Origin: Atractiella rhizophila
Taxonomy: Eukaryota
Reading direction: 5' to 3'
DNA: 64,000 nucleotides
Assembly (NCBI GenBank): GCA_021432655.1
Contig: MU271205.1
Coordinates: 1 to 64,000, forward strand
Below the pieces are notes generated by a model that saw nothing but the letters and a program-made list of their open reading frames with translations, was not told the DNA's origin and did no database searches. Positions 1 to 12,100 of this stretch are shown piece after piece; the first letter of the stretch is position 1, and every line of letters starts with the position of its first letter. A program made the translations under genes and the position numbers.

Positions 1-1800
1 GTCGGAGAAGCTGAGTGACAATGAGCCGCGTGCCGTTGCACAGGCCAGCAGATGGATTGAGATTTCGCAGAAGAATGATGGGTGCACCGGTCTTGAGTTG
101 TAAACGATGCGAAGGGAATCCAGAGACCTCCAGGGTATTCAGGTACTCGACAGAGAAGCGATTTCTGAGAGCTCCCTCGTCATCTATAATTTGATCTGCA
201 CTATAATATACCCGATCTCCTATGGATTTGAGCCACTGAATCAAGTGATCGTTGATGCCATCCACATGATGTGGGCATGTGGTAGACCTCTCTTCTGACA
301 TTCAATGACCCAGACATATATGATAACCCTTCCAAAGTTCTGTCGTACCACTAAATCCTTGATGTACTCCAGAACCTTCAGTCGAAAAACCCTTGAAACC
401 AAATCTGGTCGATCCTCTGGTTTTTGTCCTGGTAGGAGGGCTTCCGTGATCTCTGCCCAGTCTGGGTTGCAAGTGAAGGTTGTAAAGATATTTGGGGGCC
501 CTTTGGTACCAACTATAGTCATTGCATCCTGGAACAGCTGATTCATTGAACGTTGACTGCCAGTGAAACTTGATGGTAATATAGTCCGCCTCCCAATATC
601 TTCTAAAGAATAGCCTTCTGCAAGGGCATCCGTAAGACCTTGATACACCTCGGCTCGAAGAATAGACTTGATTGAACCGCAGATAGCGGAGCTGATTCGC
701 CTCAATTTGAGCATAAGCATCGACTACACTACCAATTCTTGCAGTAGCCAACCACCGTAGAGAGGGAGTGAGAATATATCATTTTGTTGATGCAACATGT
801 AAGAATAGAACTCCATTTGGCTGATACGTTGTCGAACCCCAGAATTACCAACTTGCATGCCGTCATCATTGAAGTGCTCTCGCTCGCAAGGAGGAAGATC
901 TGCAGGCAGGTCTCGATACGGGATCTGCCGATGCCATCCTTGGTCCCCATATGGGAACAGAAGAGGAAAACAAAGTGCAAGATAATTTGAGTTGAGCTCA
1001 TTCACACGCTGTAAGTTGCTACCGGTCCTGGTTGCCCTGAGCTGGATGACAATATCTCTGGCCACTCCATATTCTTCTCTGTTACCATCTCCTACCATCA
1101 CTACAGCAACTTCACTGGCTACAGGAATGTTGTAGCGTCTTGGGTCCCTATCTCGTGGGGCGACTGTGCGAAGATGTAGTGTTGTAGTGGGATCCTGTTC
1201 CATTCTTTCTTTTGCAAATTTGTAGATCCTGGGATATGGGTTGACACGGAAGAGCATAGCCTGAAGGTCTTCAAGCGTCCTACAATTCAGTGATATTGAA
1301 GTGTTGCCAACTCTTCGTTCAGTCTGTACAGCTGAATCTGTCATGTAGACCTGCGCAAATGTTTCACACCCTTCTTGTTGTGGTAAAAGAGTGCCAATAA
1401 GGTGGCACAGCTCTCCCTGAATTTTGAAGGAGTAGGGACCATGTCCAGGAATTGATACCTGACAGACGCCTAAGGATGTAAATGCAAAAGCATTATTGAA
1501 TATCCTGATATGCTCACGAAATGCCATTGACTCTATAATGATTGTTCCTCTCAGATATGTATATGCAAAAAAATTGAATAGAAATACTTACCTGTTGTAT
1601 TGTCATGTGTAAAAAGCTTACGTAGCTCTTCTGGTGGAGGCGGAGGAACAGGTAGCAGCACCTTGCTGTGGAGACAGCACAATGCAAACTTTGGATTTCA
1701 TTGTGGGCTGTTAACGATCTTCTCTTCCATCCAATGAAAGGCTTTGCAATGTGTACAAAGTAATCCCCAAGTAGAGAGGTGGTGTGCCTCAAGATCCATA
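1..1800 (-). pseudogene. Helitron Rep/helicase pseudogene
   Basis: Premature TGA at 1698-1700, frameshifts at ~723-732 and ~665-670, and the Rep HUH motif joined directly to the distal helicase region at ~265; one intron at ~1535-1591. Confidence 0.88.
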
Positions 1801-2543
1801 TCAGGTGAGTAGTTGAATGCAGGATAGTGATGTTGCCTTATTTCACCTCACAACAACGGAATTAATGCCCTATCCTCATCACTGTCCACACCATCAGGAT
1901 CAGGAGAGGATGGGTATGATCGGGTTTCTTCTTCACTGTACTCCTCAGCGGAGGGTGAATGCTGTCTCCAATGTCGTCGAGCTGGTCGTGATGATATAGA
2001 TAGTAAAGAGCTTCGATGGTGCCGCTGATACTGACGTGGAGCCCTAGTTGATCTTGTCTCATGTTGAGATGGAGTAGGTGGAGTAGGATTAAAACATGCA
2101 CGGTGTTGCCTCTCTCTTACAGGTCAACCTTGGTATAGTGGTGCCTCCTGCTGCAGACATTGATGCCGTTTGGATCGACGCTCTCAATTTCTTGTTTGAT
2201 TTCTCTGAATTGCACGTGGCATGAGAGTATAGCTTGCTGCACATAACAAAATGATATGAGTGAAGAATATATAAGCCAGAGTCCACACACCTATGCTTTT
2301 TTTGCTTGATTTGATTTGATGCTAACAGGCTGAGGGATACTATGGTAGACTGTTAGGAAGCATATTTGTGGTCAATTGTGGTGAAAGAAACTGTTTCACT
2401 TGCATGAATGCTTGCTCACTTTCCCTCATAGTTGGCAAACAACAGTTTTTGGCACATGACGTGAGAAGTCTCAGAAAGCTCTGAAGAAATTAGAAATTGC
2501 GGGCACACAGTTTGCACACAATAGGATTTGGCAGTGACAAAAT

Positions 2544-2628
2544 GCGACATGACTGAGAATCGAACCCACACCAACGCCAATTAGTCAAGACTCAACCACC
2601 CAACCATACACCAACTACACCATCGCGC
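2544..2628 (-). other. tRNA-derived sequence (Pol III A-box/B-box) inside the Helitron 5' region
   Basis: Minus strand reads GCGCGATGGTGTAGTTGG...GGTTCGATTCTCAGTCATGTCGC; A-box at 2611-2622, B-box at 2556-2566; no intact anticodon arm. Confidence 0.6.
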
Positions 2629-2748
2629 AAACTCTGTGCCTTACAGCCTTATTTGAGTATGTAAGGAAATTTTTCTCAAAGTGCCGAAGTCGGTCACTTG
2701 ACTCAGTCATGGAAGACAACTATTTTTTGTCCTTTAAATAAGCTTTAT

Positions 2749-2956
2749 TGTATACGGTTGGAAAGGCGCTGACACGCGTATTCTGGTGGTATGCTCAGAA
2801 TTTTGAGGGGGTTGTTGTGGACCAAGAAGTCACATGAGTCAGTTGGGGAAAACAAATTTTTTTCGTCTTTCAAATGGGCTTTGCTGTATACGGTTCGAAA
2901 GGCGCCGACACGCGTATTCTGGTGGTATGCTCAGAATTCTGAAAGGGTTGTTGTGG
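2749..2956. repeat. Two 72-bp imperfect direct repeats (2749-2820 and 2885-2956)
   Basis: TGTATACGGTT(G/C)GAAAGGCGC(T/C)GACACGCGTATTCTGGTGGTATGCTCAGAATT...GGGTTGTTGTGG occurs twice, 136 bp apart. Confidence 0.95.
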
Positions 2957-4037
2957 GCGGTGATATAAGGGCTCAAAAGTACATGCGTGAGTCATGGTCA
3001 AACCCGTCGTGCTTTTTATATAAGGAAACCTTGTCACATTCCCGTCACATAAAAGGGCAGTTGAAGAAAGAATTCCACCATATCCATCGACGTATTATTT
3101 CGCTATCGACGGAAAAATAAATACCTCCATCGTGACCCCTCGTCTACGCAGTACAAGAACACCTCAAAGCGGGCATCAACCAGTAATCCCCTATCGTGCG
3201 GTTTCTCAGTGTGGCAACCATATTGATAGTATCGAAATGAGTGTTAAGAACCGGTTGTTTGACTCCAACAGTTTCAGACATTACGCTGAAACTGCTGGGA
3301 TGGGCGAGAACGTGGGCAAGATTCGGTAACATGGAAGGAGACTGCCAAGTACTGTATGTGCAACTTAACCATGAAGTAGTCGTGGGGGTTGCAGCGGATG
3401 CCTACAGCGTGCTAGTTTGGCAGAAGTCGATATTTCAGTATTTTGAGGTAATTTCTCCTCAACCCTGCTTCACAGTTGTTGCCTCAGAAAGCTGCAGAAG
3501 TCCGAGTCTGTGCTGTTATCAGATCATAATCCGCAGCGCTTCACAAGGTCATGAACCTTATCTGAACCTTGCGTTTAAAGTTCGAGACCTTTTGTTATTT
3601 TGCCACTCCTGGGCTTTTGACTGGTTCTGACGCTCCAGCCTCGACAACAAGCAAGACACCGACGAAAAGGCTTCCAAACGATTTCGATAAGCAATTTCAA
3701 GAGGACTAGCCATTTTGCCAAAGCTCTGGGACAATAATCAGCGCACGGTCAGTTTTCGCTTATCGTGATTGTAAGTTTTTTTCCGAAGGCTCTTGTTTTC
3801 AGGTTTTCCCCAGAGAAAACAACCAAGAATCGACATTTCAATCTTCTCTTGTGCCCTTGATCCTGAGACATGTAAGAACAACTCCCCCGCCAATGCAAAA
3901 AAAAAAACCGGTCAAGAACTGGCCGCAACCTCCAATCCGCCCAACCACCGGCAAGAACAATCGCAAACCGACATGTCGCGAATGCTAGTCAAAACGCAGG
4001 GTGATTCTTTCTTTGAGTCTCTATACCGAGAAACTGA

Positions 4038-4595
4038 ATGATGGAGTCGACAGTCTGGTTCAAGCTGAAGGCTATTGATTATTCATCCCAATATCATCAC
4101 GTGTGCTCAACCTCTTGTAGCACGCCGAACCAAGGCACTCCCCTCTTCCATGACGCTTCGATGATATTGGAGGCCGCCAAGCGATGCTTCCGAATGCACG
4201 ACGATGACGGTTTGTTCCCCTCTTCGTTCCACATGATTGCTCATGACGGAGCAGAGTTCCTCCAAATGTTCCGCCTTGATCCTTCCTACCGCATCCTTGT
4301 ACGCTATACCATTGAAAGCCCTTCCTCATCTTCTCAACAGCCTCCTCGAAACTTTGACCTTGGGCTATTCGAGAATCCTTTGGCTTTAAATGCCGAATTG
4401 GCGCAGTTCAACAATACGATCTCGTTTCTAAAAGGGGACGAAAAGATCATGGTAGAGTTCTTCCAAGATGATCAGATACTGGAGTGGGCGAACAGCGTCA
4501 GGCAAGAACAGATCAAGAGGCAGATGAGAAAAGAGGAGGTGCAGAGACAACGACTGCTGGAGAGGGAGCAACCGACCGGGATCATCGTCGAGTGA
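4038..4595 (+). CDS. Hypothetical protein (185 aa) with charged, coiled-coil-like C-terminus
   Basis: ATG-started open frame with protein-like composition; no family recognised. Confidence 0.45.
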   Translation: MMESTVWFKLKAIDYSSQYHHVCSTSCSTPNQGTPLFHDASMILEAAKRCFRMHDDDGLFPSSFHMIAHDGAEFLQMFRLDPSYRILVRYTIESPSSSSQQPPRNFDLGLFENPLALNAELAQFNNTISFLKGDEKIMVEFFQDDQILEWANSVRQEQIKRQMRKEEVQRQRLLEREQPTGIIVE

Positions 4596-6596
4596 TGAGT
4601 GCGAGATCACGTCTCCCCTTCAAGCTTCAACTCCGATCTTTTACGACAACGAACGAATAATAGAGACCTGGTACCAGCTCTAACAGTTCATCAGGGTGTC
4701 CTCACGAAGAAGGACACGGATGATGGATAGGAGCATTCAGTGATCTGTTCAAGCTTTTTCAATTTCAATTATCTCAAGTCAGTTCCTCCAGTTCCTCCGA
4801 TCTTCAAAGCAATTTTCGACCGTTCTTCCTTATCGCTCAATTCAATCGCCTTTCAAGGAAAATGTAGTTGCAACCATTATGTTAGATATCAACCTGTCCA
4901 AACGGTCTCCAGCTGTATAATCCACTCATGATTATTAATGTTTTACCTCATCCTTTCTTGAAGGTCTGAATGAGCCGCTCCGCTACCGCTGACATTGTAG
5001 ATTTCAAAGTTCTAAGCTGATACAAAGTTGGCGCTAATCCTTCGAAATATAGTCTGGAGGGGTGGAGGGGTGAAAGTGATCGGATCTCGGAGGTTTGTCG
5101 CCGAAGAAGGCTTTGATGAGTCTCGCCAACGGTGCTGGGAAAGATAATGGTGTTCGCCGAGCTTTCTGGGTGTATTGAGGGGAGGGGGGGTCTCCAAAAG
5201 TCACTGTGATGATACCGATGTAGTCTATAGACTTGCTGGATAGTATCCGTAGTGAGAAAATGAAAAGTTGAGCTTGTCGAGGCAAGATTAGGATAACAAA
5301 ATACTACTAAGTACTAAGTGAACAAGGCGACATGGAGCTGACAGACAGAAAGAAGGGCAAAATGTTACTTTGACAGTATCGAGGATGAGAGATGTAACTA
5401 AAATAAGATTTCGAAATCAATTCGATGATAATGGAGAAGCTAGACCAGATGATTCCATCGTTTGTCCCCAAGACAAACTAGGGATAGTGTCTGATTGCAT
5501 AAAAAGCGATTCAATCTTAGTGAGGCTCTGAAATATATGGGTAAAAAAGCTCATAAAGGCGTAAAGGGTAGAAAGCATCAGCATCGTCGTAGGCCTAGTT
5601 AGCTTCCTATGAAGGAATTGGGAGAAATTCCAGTAGTTTATTGTTTGATATCGTGACCTAAAGATAAATAAGCGTATGGAACTCTCTGGACGAGGTATCC
5701 TGCCTTTGCGAGGAAGAATGTAGGATGTTGGGCATCGCTACTTCTTTTGAGAACGGAGGAGGACGTGTGTTACCCAATCCGACAAAGGTTACGAGCATTT
5801 CTGATTAGATTTAGAGAACTTGTAGACTGCTTGAAAGTGCAAATAGATGTGCGATAAACTGCTGGGATGGGATGAAAGATTTATGGCAAGCTAGTTCACC
5901 TTATCGAGGTCGAGGACAAAGGAGAGTTTGGCCTTGTACCACAAGGATTTTCCCTTTCTCTTTTTTATCACGATTTGTCCCTTCGACAAGGTCCCAACCC
6001 TTCAATAAGGGGCTTGAGTAGAGTTTTCCCTTTAATCCGTCCATTGCATCTGTTTATTCATGTTCTAATAATGGCCCGTTACCAGAGGAGAGAAGATTGT
6101 CTCCTATAACAGTCAATCAAATCTGGCCCGTGAACTATTTGACTGAATGTGAATGAGAGGCCTAGTCGTCATGTTTTCATACATTGTGGCGCACACTTCA
6201 AGCTGCTCAACCTCTCCAATAAACAAAATAGCCATCATAAATGGGAGAGAAAGGTTTTCCAACTGTCCAATAATGGAGGACTGAATGCAGGACAACACAC
6301 CTGAAGGCCCTCCTCCTTGACCTTCATAGGTAACGCATAGTGAGGGCTCCAATCACAAGGACATTGTTACGCATGTATATCTTGGCGTGATGCTGAAGTC
6401 GTTATGGCACTATGATGTGATGTTTACTTGGTCGTTTTACTTCCGGCATATTTCGGAGGTGGAGCAACATTCTTGCGTCTTTCCCTGTTTTCAACGACCA
6501 GTCTTTCTGAGACTCATCTTCCATCTCAGCATCTTTATCTCTCACTCAATAATACCTCCCTCAGGATAGTCTACTAGTAATACACATCCAGTCGCC

Positions 6597-8887
6597 ATGT
6601 CACCACCCCCGTCGAACAGGGACATCTTCGACACGACCCTCGCTCCTTCAACGTCAGCCTCTTCAGCCTCCCAAGCATCTGACCCCTCAACCTCCCAACC
6701 GACCAATCCTTACAACTCTGAGTCCCCTTCCGCCCGGCTAGTCCGTCTCCGGAAGCTGTACGAGTCGCTCTCGCCCTCGCCCGTAGAAGCGAGCATGAAT
6801 CTGCGAGAGGCGTCGAATGCGGAGCTAGAGAAGCGGAAAGAGCGGGAGAAGTACAAGAGGGAGCTGTGGACCGAGTGCGAGAAAAAGGAGTTCGAAGATG
6901 AGAACGTGGCTGCGAAAGGGAAAGCGACTTGGTGGAACACAGTGCAGAAGAAGGGAAAGGGAAAGGAAAAGGAGAGGGAGCTGAGTTGGGACGACTTTGA
7001 GAGGTTCTGCGCAAAGAAGGAAGTCGGTAGGTTGTTTTCCCTCTCTTCTCTGATTGGCACAGTGACGGATGGTGATGACGGACTGTCAGAGCTATGGCAT
7101 ATCTTTCAGGAAGTAGACAAGAACAGAGATGGAGCATTAGACAGGGAAGAGCTTCAAAAGGCCTTCCATCGCGCCGGTTCGTCTACTTCATTTTCTCATC
7201 GTATCACTGAAGAAGAGGTGGCTGCTCAGGGATGGAGATCAATGACAAGCATGTCCTCGAGTTTCTGGAAGCAATAGACATGGATAGAGATGGCACGATA
7301 TCTTATGCGGAATGGCGTGACTTCCTTCTTGTTCGTCTTGCGTCCTCCACTCTTCTCGGACTAACAGATTTAAACAGCTCCTTCCCCGTCACCCATCCAT
7401 CCCCGAAATCTACTCTTACTACCAAGCCCACAGGCGGGATCCAGTCACCATTTTGACCCCAGATGGGGATTTTGTATTGGGAGAGAAGGAGGGCAAGAAG
7501 AAAGAGTCCCTAGCCGTCAATCACAATAATAATCACAATCACAATCACTCCGCGGAGGAGAATGGAGACGATGATGTAGAGGAGGATGAGGAGGAAGAGG
7601 AGCCAGATGACATGTTCAAAGGCGCGGGCAAGTTCTTGCTCGCAGGTGGGATAGCCGGTGCAGGTGCGTTTCCTTTCTCTTTTTCATGCTGCATGAAAGG
7701 GAAGGAAGGAATTGATTTGTTCCTCGGTGTCGTGATGTAGTGTCTCGAACTGCAACCGCCCCATTCGACCGCTTAAAAATCTACCTCATCACCTCGACCG
7801 TCCATTCACCCACTATCCACCTGAAGACTTCCAATCCGCTCAGTGCGACAGTGGCCGTCGCCTCCGCTTCGACCCAAGGCATCTACGTCCTCCGAGATGC
7901 CATCACCGCCTTGTACCGGCAAGGGGGCATGCGCGCTTTCTTTGTCGGGAACGGATTGAATGTCATCAAGATCTTCCCGGAGTCGGCGGTCAAGTTCCTG
8001 AGCTATGAATCCTCTAAACGCCTTTTTGCGAGGTATTGGGACCGCGTGGATGATGTGAGGGATATCAGTGGCGCGAGTCGATTTGTCAGTGGTGGCATTG
8101 GTGGGATCATCAGTCAACTTAGTACGTCTCCTACTACTCTACTTCCGGCTTTCTCGTGTTAATAGTGACAACGCAGTGATTTATCCCATCGAGACCCTCA
8201 AGACTCGCGTCATGTCCTCTACTGGCGGAGATTTCGCAGGTAACAAGCTGATAATAGAGACGGGGAGGGAGATGTGGAGGAATGGCGGGATGAGAGCTTA
8301 CTTCAAAGGTCTCATACCTGGCCTCGTCGGCGTCTTTCCCTATAGTGCTATAGACATGAGTGTTTTTGAAGGATTGAAGGTAATATATACCAAATGGACA
8401 AATGGGAAGGAACCGGGCGTGTTTGGGTTCGTCTTCTCGCCTTTGACGGTTGTGTATGTGACTGAAGCGTTTGCACTGGACAGAGTGTTGGCGATTGGAA
8501 GCTTTAGTGGAGGGATAGGTGCCACATCCGTATACCCGTTGTGCGTCTCCTTATCTCATAAATGTGAGAGTCGTGCTGACGGATTTCTGTTCAAAATTTT
8601 CAAGAAACCTTGTTCGCACCCGGATGCAGGCGCAAGGCACTCCAGCTCATCCGCAGATCTATGGAGGATTCAAGGATGTGGCGATGAAGACGTGGGAGAA
8701 CGAAGGAGTCAGAGGCTTCTATCGTGGCCTCACCCCTACTCTGGGCAAAGTGGTCCCTTCGTACGTCCCCTCTCTTCCTTGTTTGGAGAATGGCAATTTA
8801 CGAGGGATGGTGGTGGATAGGGTCGCACTTTCTTGGCTTGTTTACGAGCAGAGCAAGAAGTTGCTCTTTGAGCAACATGAGTTGTAA
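6597..8887 (+). CDS. SAL1: Ca2+-binding mitochondrial ATP-Mg/Pi carrier (Sal1/SCaMC family), multi-exon
   Basis: EF-hands DKNRDGALDREE and DMDRDGTISYAE, followed by carrier signatures PFDRLK, PIETLK and NVIKIFPESAVKF. Confidence 0.93.
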
Positions 8888-9197
8888 AGATATTTTTTTG
8901 ATACCACTTTGAAGAGAAGAGTAAAGTATCGAGCGGATGGTGAGGTAGAGGGAATATAATCTCCTTTTGTTATCGAACTAGAAAAGGCCCATTATACTCT
9001 ATGACATCGACACCCGTCCATATAGTCCAGTTAAGTTATTAATCCAATGTTATTAACATTGTAAATTTGTGTAAATCTTCAACAAACGTCGCCGCGCTTC
9101 CGAACCAACAGTCCGCACAGCGACTGATGAATAAAACAAGGCGAGTGACCTATTTCCACTGCATTCCAAGGCGTAAACGCTTAGAAAGTTGTGCAGT

Positions 9198-12100
9198 ATG
9201 GATGGACTACCAATACGCCCAAGACCCGGCGCCTCCATAGATGAGATCGACGCCTCCTTCGCCTCCAGTGGCAGACCGTCAGCCAAAGTTGTTCGTCCCT
9301 CTAAAACTCCGCCAGCATGGGCACAGACGTCACCTACGCCGCATCAAGCACCAGAATCGCTCAAAACATCACCCAAGCCTCCGTCCTCCGCCATTTTGTT
9401 GGGAGGGATTGTGGAGCAGGCACGGTCAAATGCCATCCCGCTTCCTCCCACTCTCCAGGATTCACCTCCCATCCCGATTGCAGAGAAAAAACAGTCACGC
9501 TTCGCGCGCGCGAGGGCTGAACGCGAAAGGATAGCGTCCTCCACGTCCAGTGGATTTCCGGCATCACAGAAGATCACCATTCCTTCCGAACCACCACCAC
9601 CACCGAGAAGTCGTGGGCTGGATGAACCAAACTCCAACCAGCCAAAGAATGATACGGAAGATCTCTTGCGATCGGTTAGCGACGAAAACGAACGATTATT
9701 AGCGAGTATGACGGAGGAGCAGATCGAGATCGAGCGACAGCAGATTGCAGAGCTTGGACTCTCCAAGGAGCTGATAAATATGCTTCGAAATCGAGGTATC
9801 TCAAAATCAAACATTCTCAGCTCATCCTCCTCGACTGTGGGCCCAGAAAGCGTGCCGCCAGCAGCTCGAAGTGAGGCAACAACGATCACAGTCTCAAAAC
9901 CTCCGGTTAAAGACAACTTACAGCTGGATGATAAGAATAGGAAAGAGGAGGATGAAGGGACGCCGGAACATATTCGACGCACCTATTTCCCCAACGAACC
10001 GGACCCCTCCCCTTCAGGAGCGTTGGATTGGATTATTGGTAGCTCGTCAGTGTCCAGCCCTCCGCGTTTGGAGGGAGAGAAGACGGTTGATATCGTCTTT
10101 GGCCTGCAAGGAAACGCGAGTCTCAGTTCTGTTTCGGCGCAAGAGGCTCATGCTCATCCACATTCACATCACGCTTCAGATTCCTCAAATCCCAGTTTCT
10201 CGATCACTTCTCTGCTTTCAGTCTTGGGATCCGAAGTTGTGGCTCAGAGGAGTGCCGCGTTTCAACTCGCAGGACGTATTCTGAGGAGGATCAGAGCTGG
10301 AGGGTATGGGGAGCTGCAGCCTGGAATTGTAGAAGGGATGAAGAAACACAAGTTTGAGATGGAGGTGGTGAAGCGTGCTTCTGTTGGATTCCTGTTGAAG
10401 GAGAGAAACCAACGACTGATTGGCGCGACGGTTGAGGCTTTGGAGAGTTTGATGGGGTTGCCTGACATAGAAGTGGCCAGCATGGAGGAATTGTACACCT
10501 GGGGAGTTGAGAATTGGGAGAAGGAGTTGGAGCCTCAAGTGGAGAACAAGGTCGTTGAAGCGTCGCCGGCAGCCTTCTTCGCTCATTCTGGCGCAATCAA
10601 GGAGCTTCATGAGGGTCAATACCAGGGAACGATCACCCTCCTCGTTCTCTCCGTCCTGTCTGGTCTGATTCTTCGTGGCTTCCCCATCCCCACTCCACCC
10701 ATCCACTTCCTCGACCAAATCTCCACCCTTCTCTCGGTCAGAAACTGGCAGTCACCTCGCAATTTGGCCCCGTCTCGCGTACCCCTCATATACCTCCATG
10801 TTCTTGTCTCTTCATCACGCGCAAGCTCAGAGAGACTCCTTTCTTCTACTACTGCCGATACACTACTCCGCTTCCTTGCTGTTCCTCCGTGGCACGCAAC
10901 CGGAGTGGAAGATGAAGCTCACGATCTCGGTGGTCTCGTCCTCGGCATCTATGAGAGGTTGGCGGAGTATGGGCTGGGTTGCGATGTGCTGAGAGTAGCA
11001 ACTCCAGTATTCGAAGTCTTTGAGAGGCGATTCGTCGACGGGAAGAACATAGATGAGGAGCGCGATAAAGCTCTGTTTGAGAGATGGATCTCTTTGAAAG
11101 TGGCATGGACGATCGCGGCCATGAATCCTCATTATGTTACCCCTCATCACGACATCGTTTGGACCCAAGTAGAGGAGATGGCCCTATCCAGTTTTCAAAC
11201 CTTGAAGAATGTTGCCCCTCAACGCGACTGTAGGATAGTTGCCCCGTTGTTGAGGCTGGCAGCTTACGCACTCGAAGGCTTGAAGGCTACCAATGCAGAC
11301 AAGGGCATCGTCGCTTTTGAACAGGCGTCGAAAATGCTAGAAACAGTGCAGGGGGATATCAATGAGATCCGAGGGATGAGCTCACAGAAAATTTTCAATT
11401 CGAAGACATCCCAAGAATGTTTGTTGGCAACGAAGCTTCTCACTGGTTACCTTCAGCTACATGCACAACTTCCTCAGATATTAGGGGACAAGATCGATGC
11501 CAACGTATATTCATCGTTACTCCGCCACTTGACCACTGAAAACTTTGGTGCACTTCATTTACCAATACTTAACCTCTGTGTTGATGCTGTCCAAGCACTC
11601 CCGATGATTCAAAAGCTCCCTCTGGCTTTCATTCTCCTCCCCCTGTTGCGCACGGGTCACGAGACAATTGCAGTCCGTATCCTCGACTCCCTCATGGTCG
11701 TCCTGGCTGGTTCCACAGTGTCGCCAGACCCATTCGTGCTTGATTTGCAGCTTGAAGTGCCCTCATTGGTACATCTGCCACTCATCAGACCGCTGATGGC
11801 GGAAGTGTTGTCTGTCGAACCGGCATCACAACAGGCCCACAAATATTCTCGTCTTTCGACGATGGATCGCCAGCTTCAGCCTTACGACCAGCTGCTACGA
11901 CCAGATTGGATGTTTGTAGGGGTGGACTACTTACTCAGGAGTCGCTCCCAGGAGCCAGACACTCAAATTGCAGAAGAAGTAGAGGTTACCCGCGTGTCCC
12001 TTGTCCTCTCTCGAATGTCCCTTCTTGCTCACATCTCGAACGGAGTCAAGGTAGATCGATCGATGCTACTTTTCAACATCATGAAAGTGTACATGCTGGA

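Larger units (their letters stand above)
1..3026 (-). mobile_element. Degenerate, internally deleted Helitron (rolling-circle transposon); 3' part runs off the window
   Basis: Minus-strand Rep/helicase fragments: Zn-finger-like CTHCKAFHW..CC, FNNAFAFTSLG, LPSSFTGSQR, FTTFTCNPDW, QKRGLPHAH, and Pif1-type LQLKTGAPIILLRNLNPSAGLCNGTRL. Candidate 5' terminus TCCTTATATAAAAAGC starts at 3026; this boundary is inferred. Confidence 0.9.

Noticed and set aside
2544..2628. Functional tRNA gene
   Set aside because: The anticodon arm and acceptor stem do not form a proper cloverleaf.
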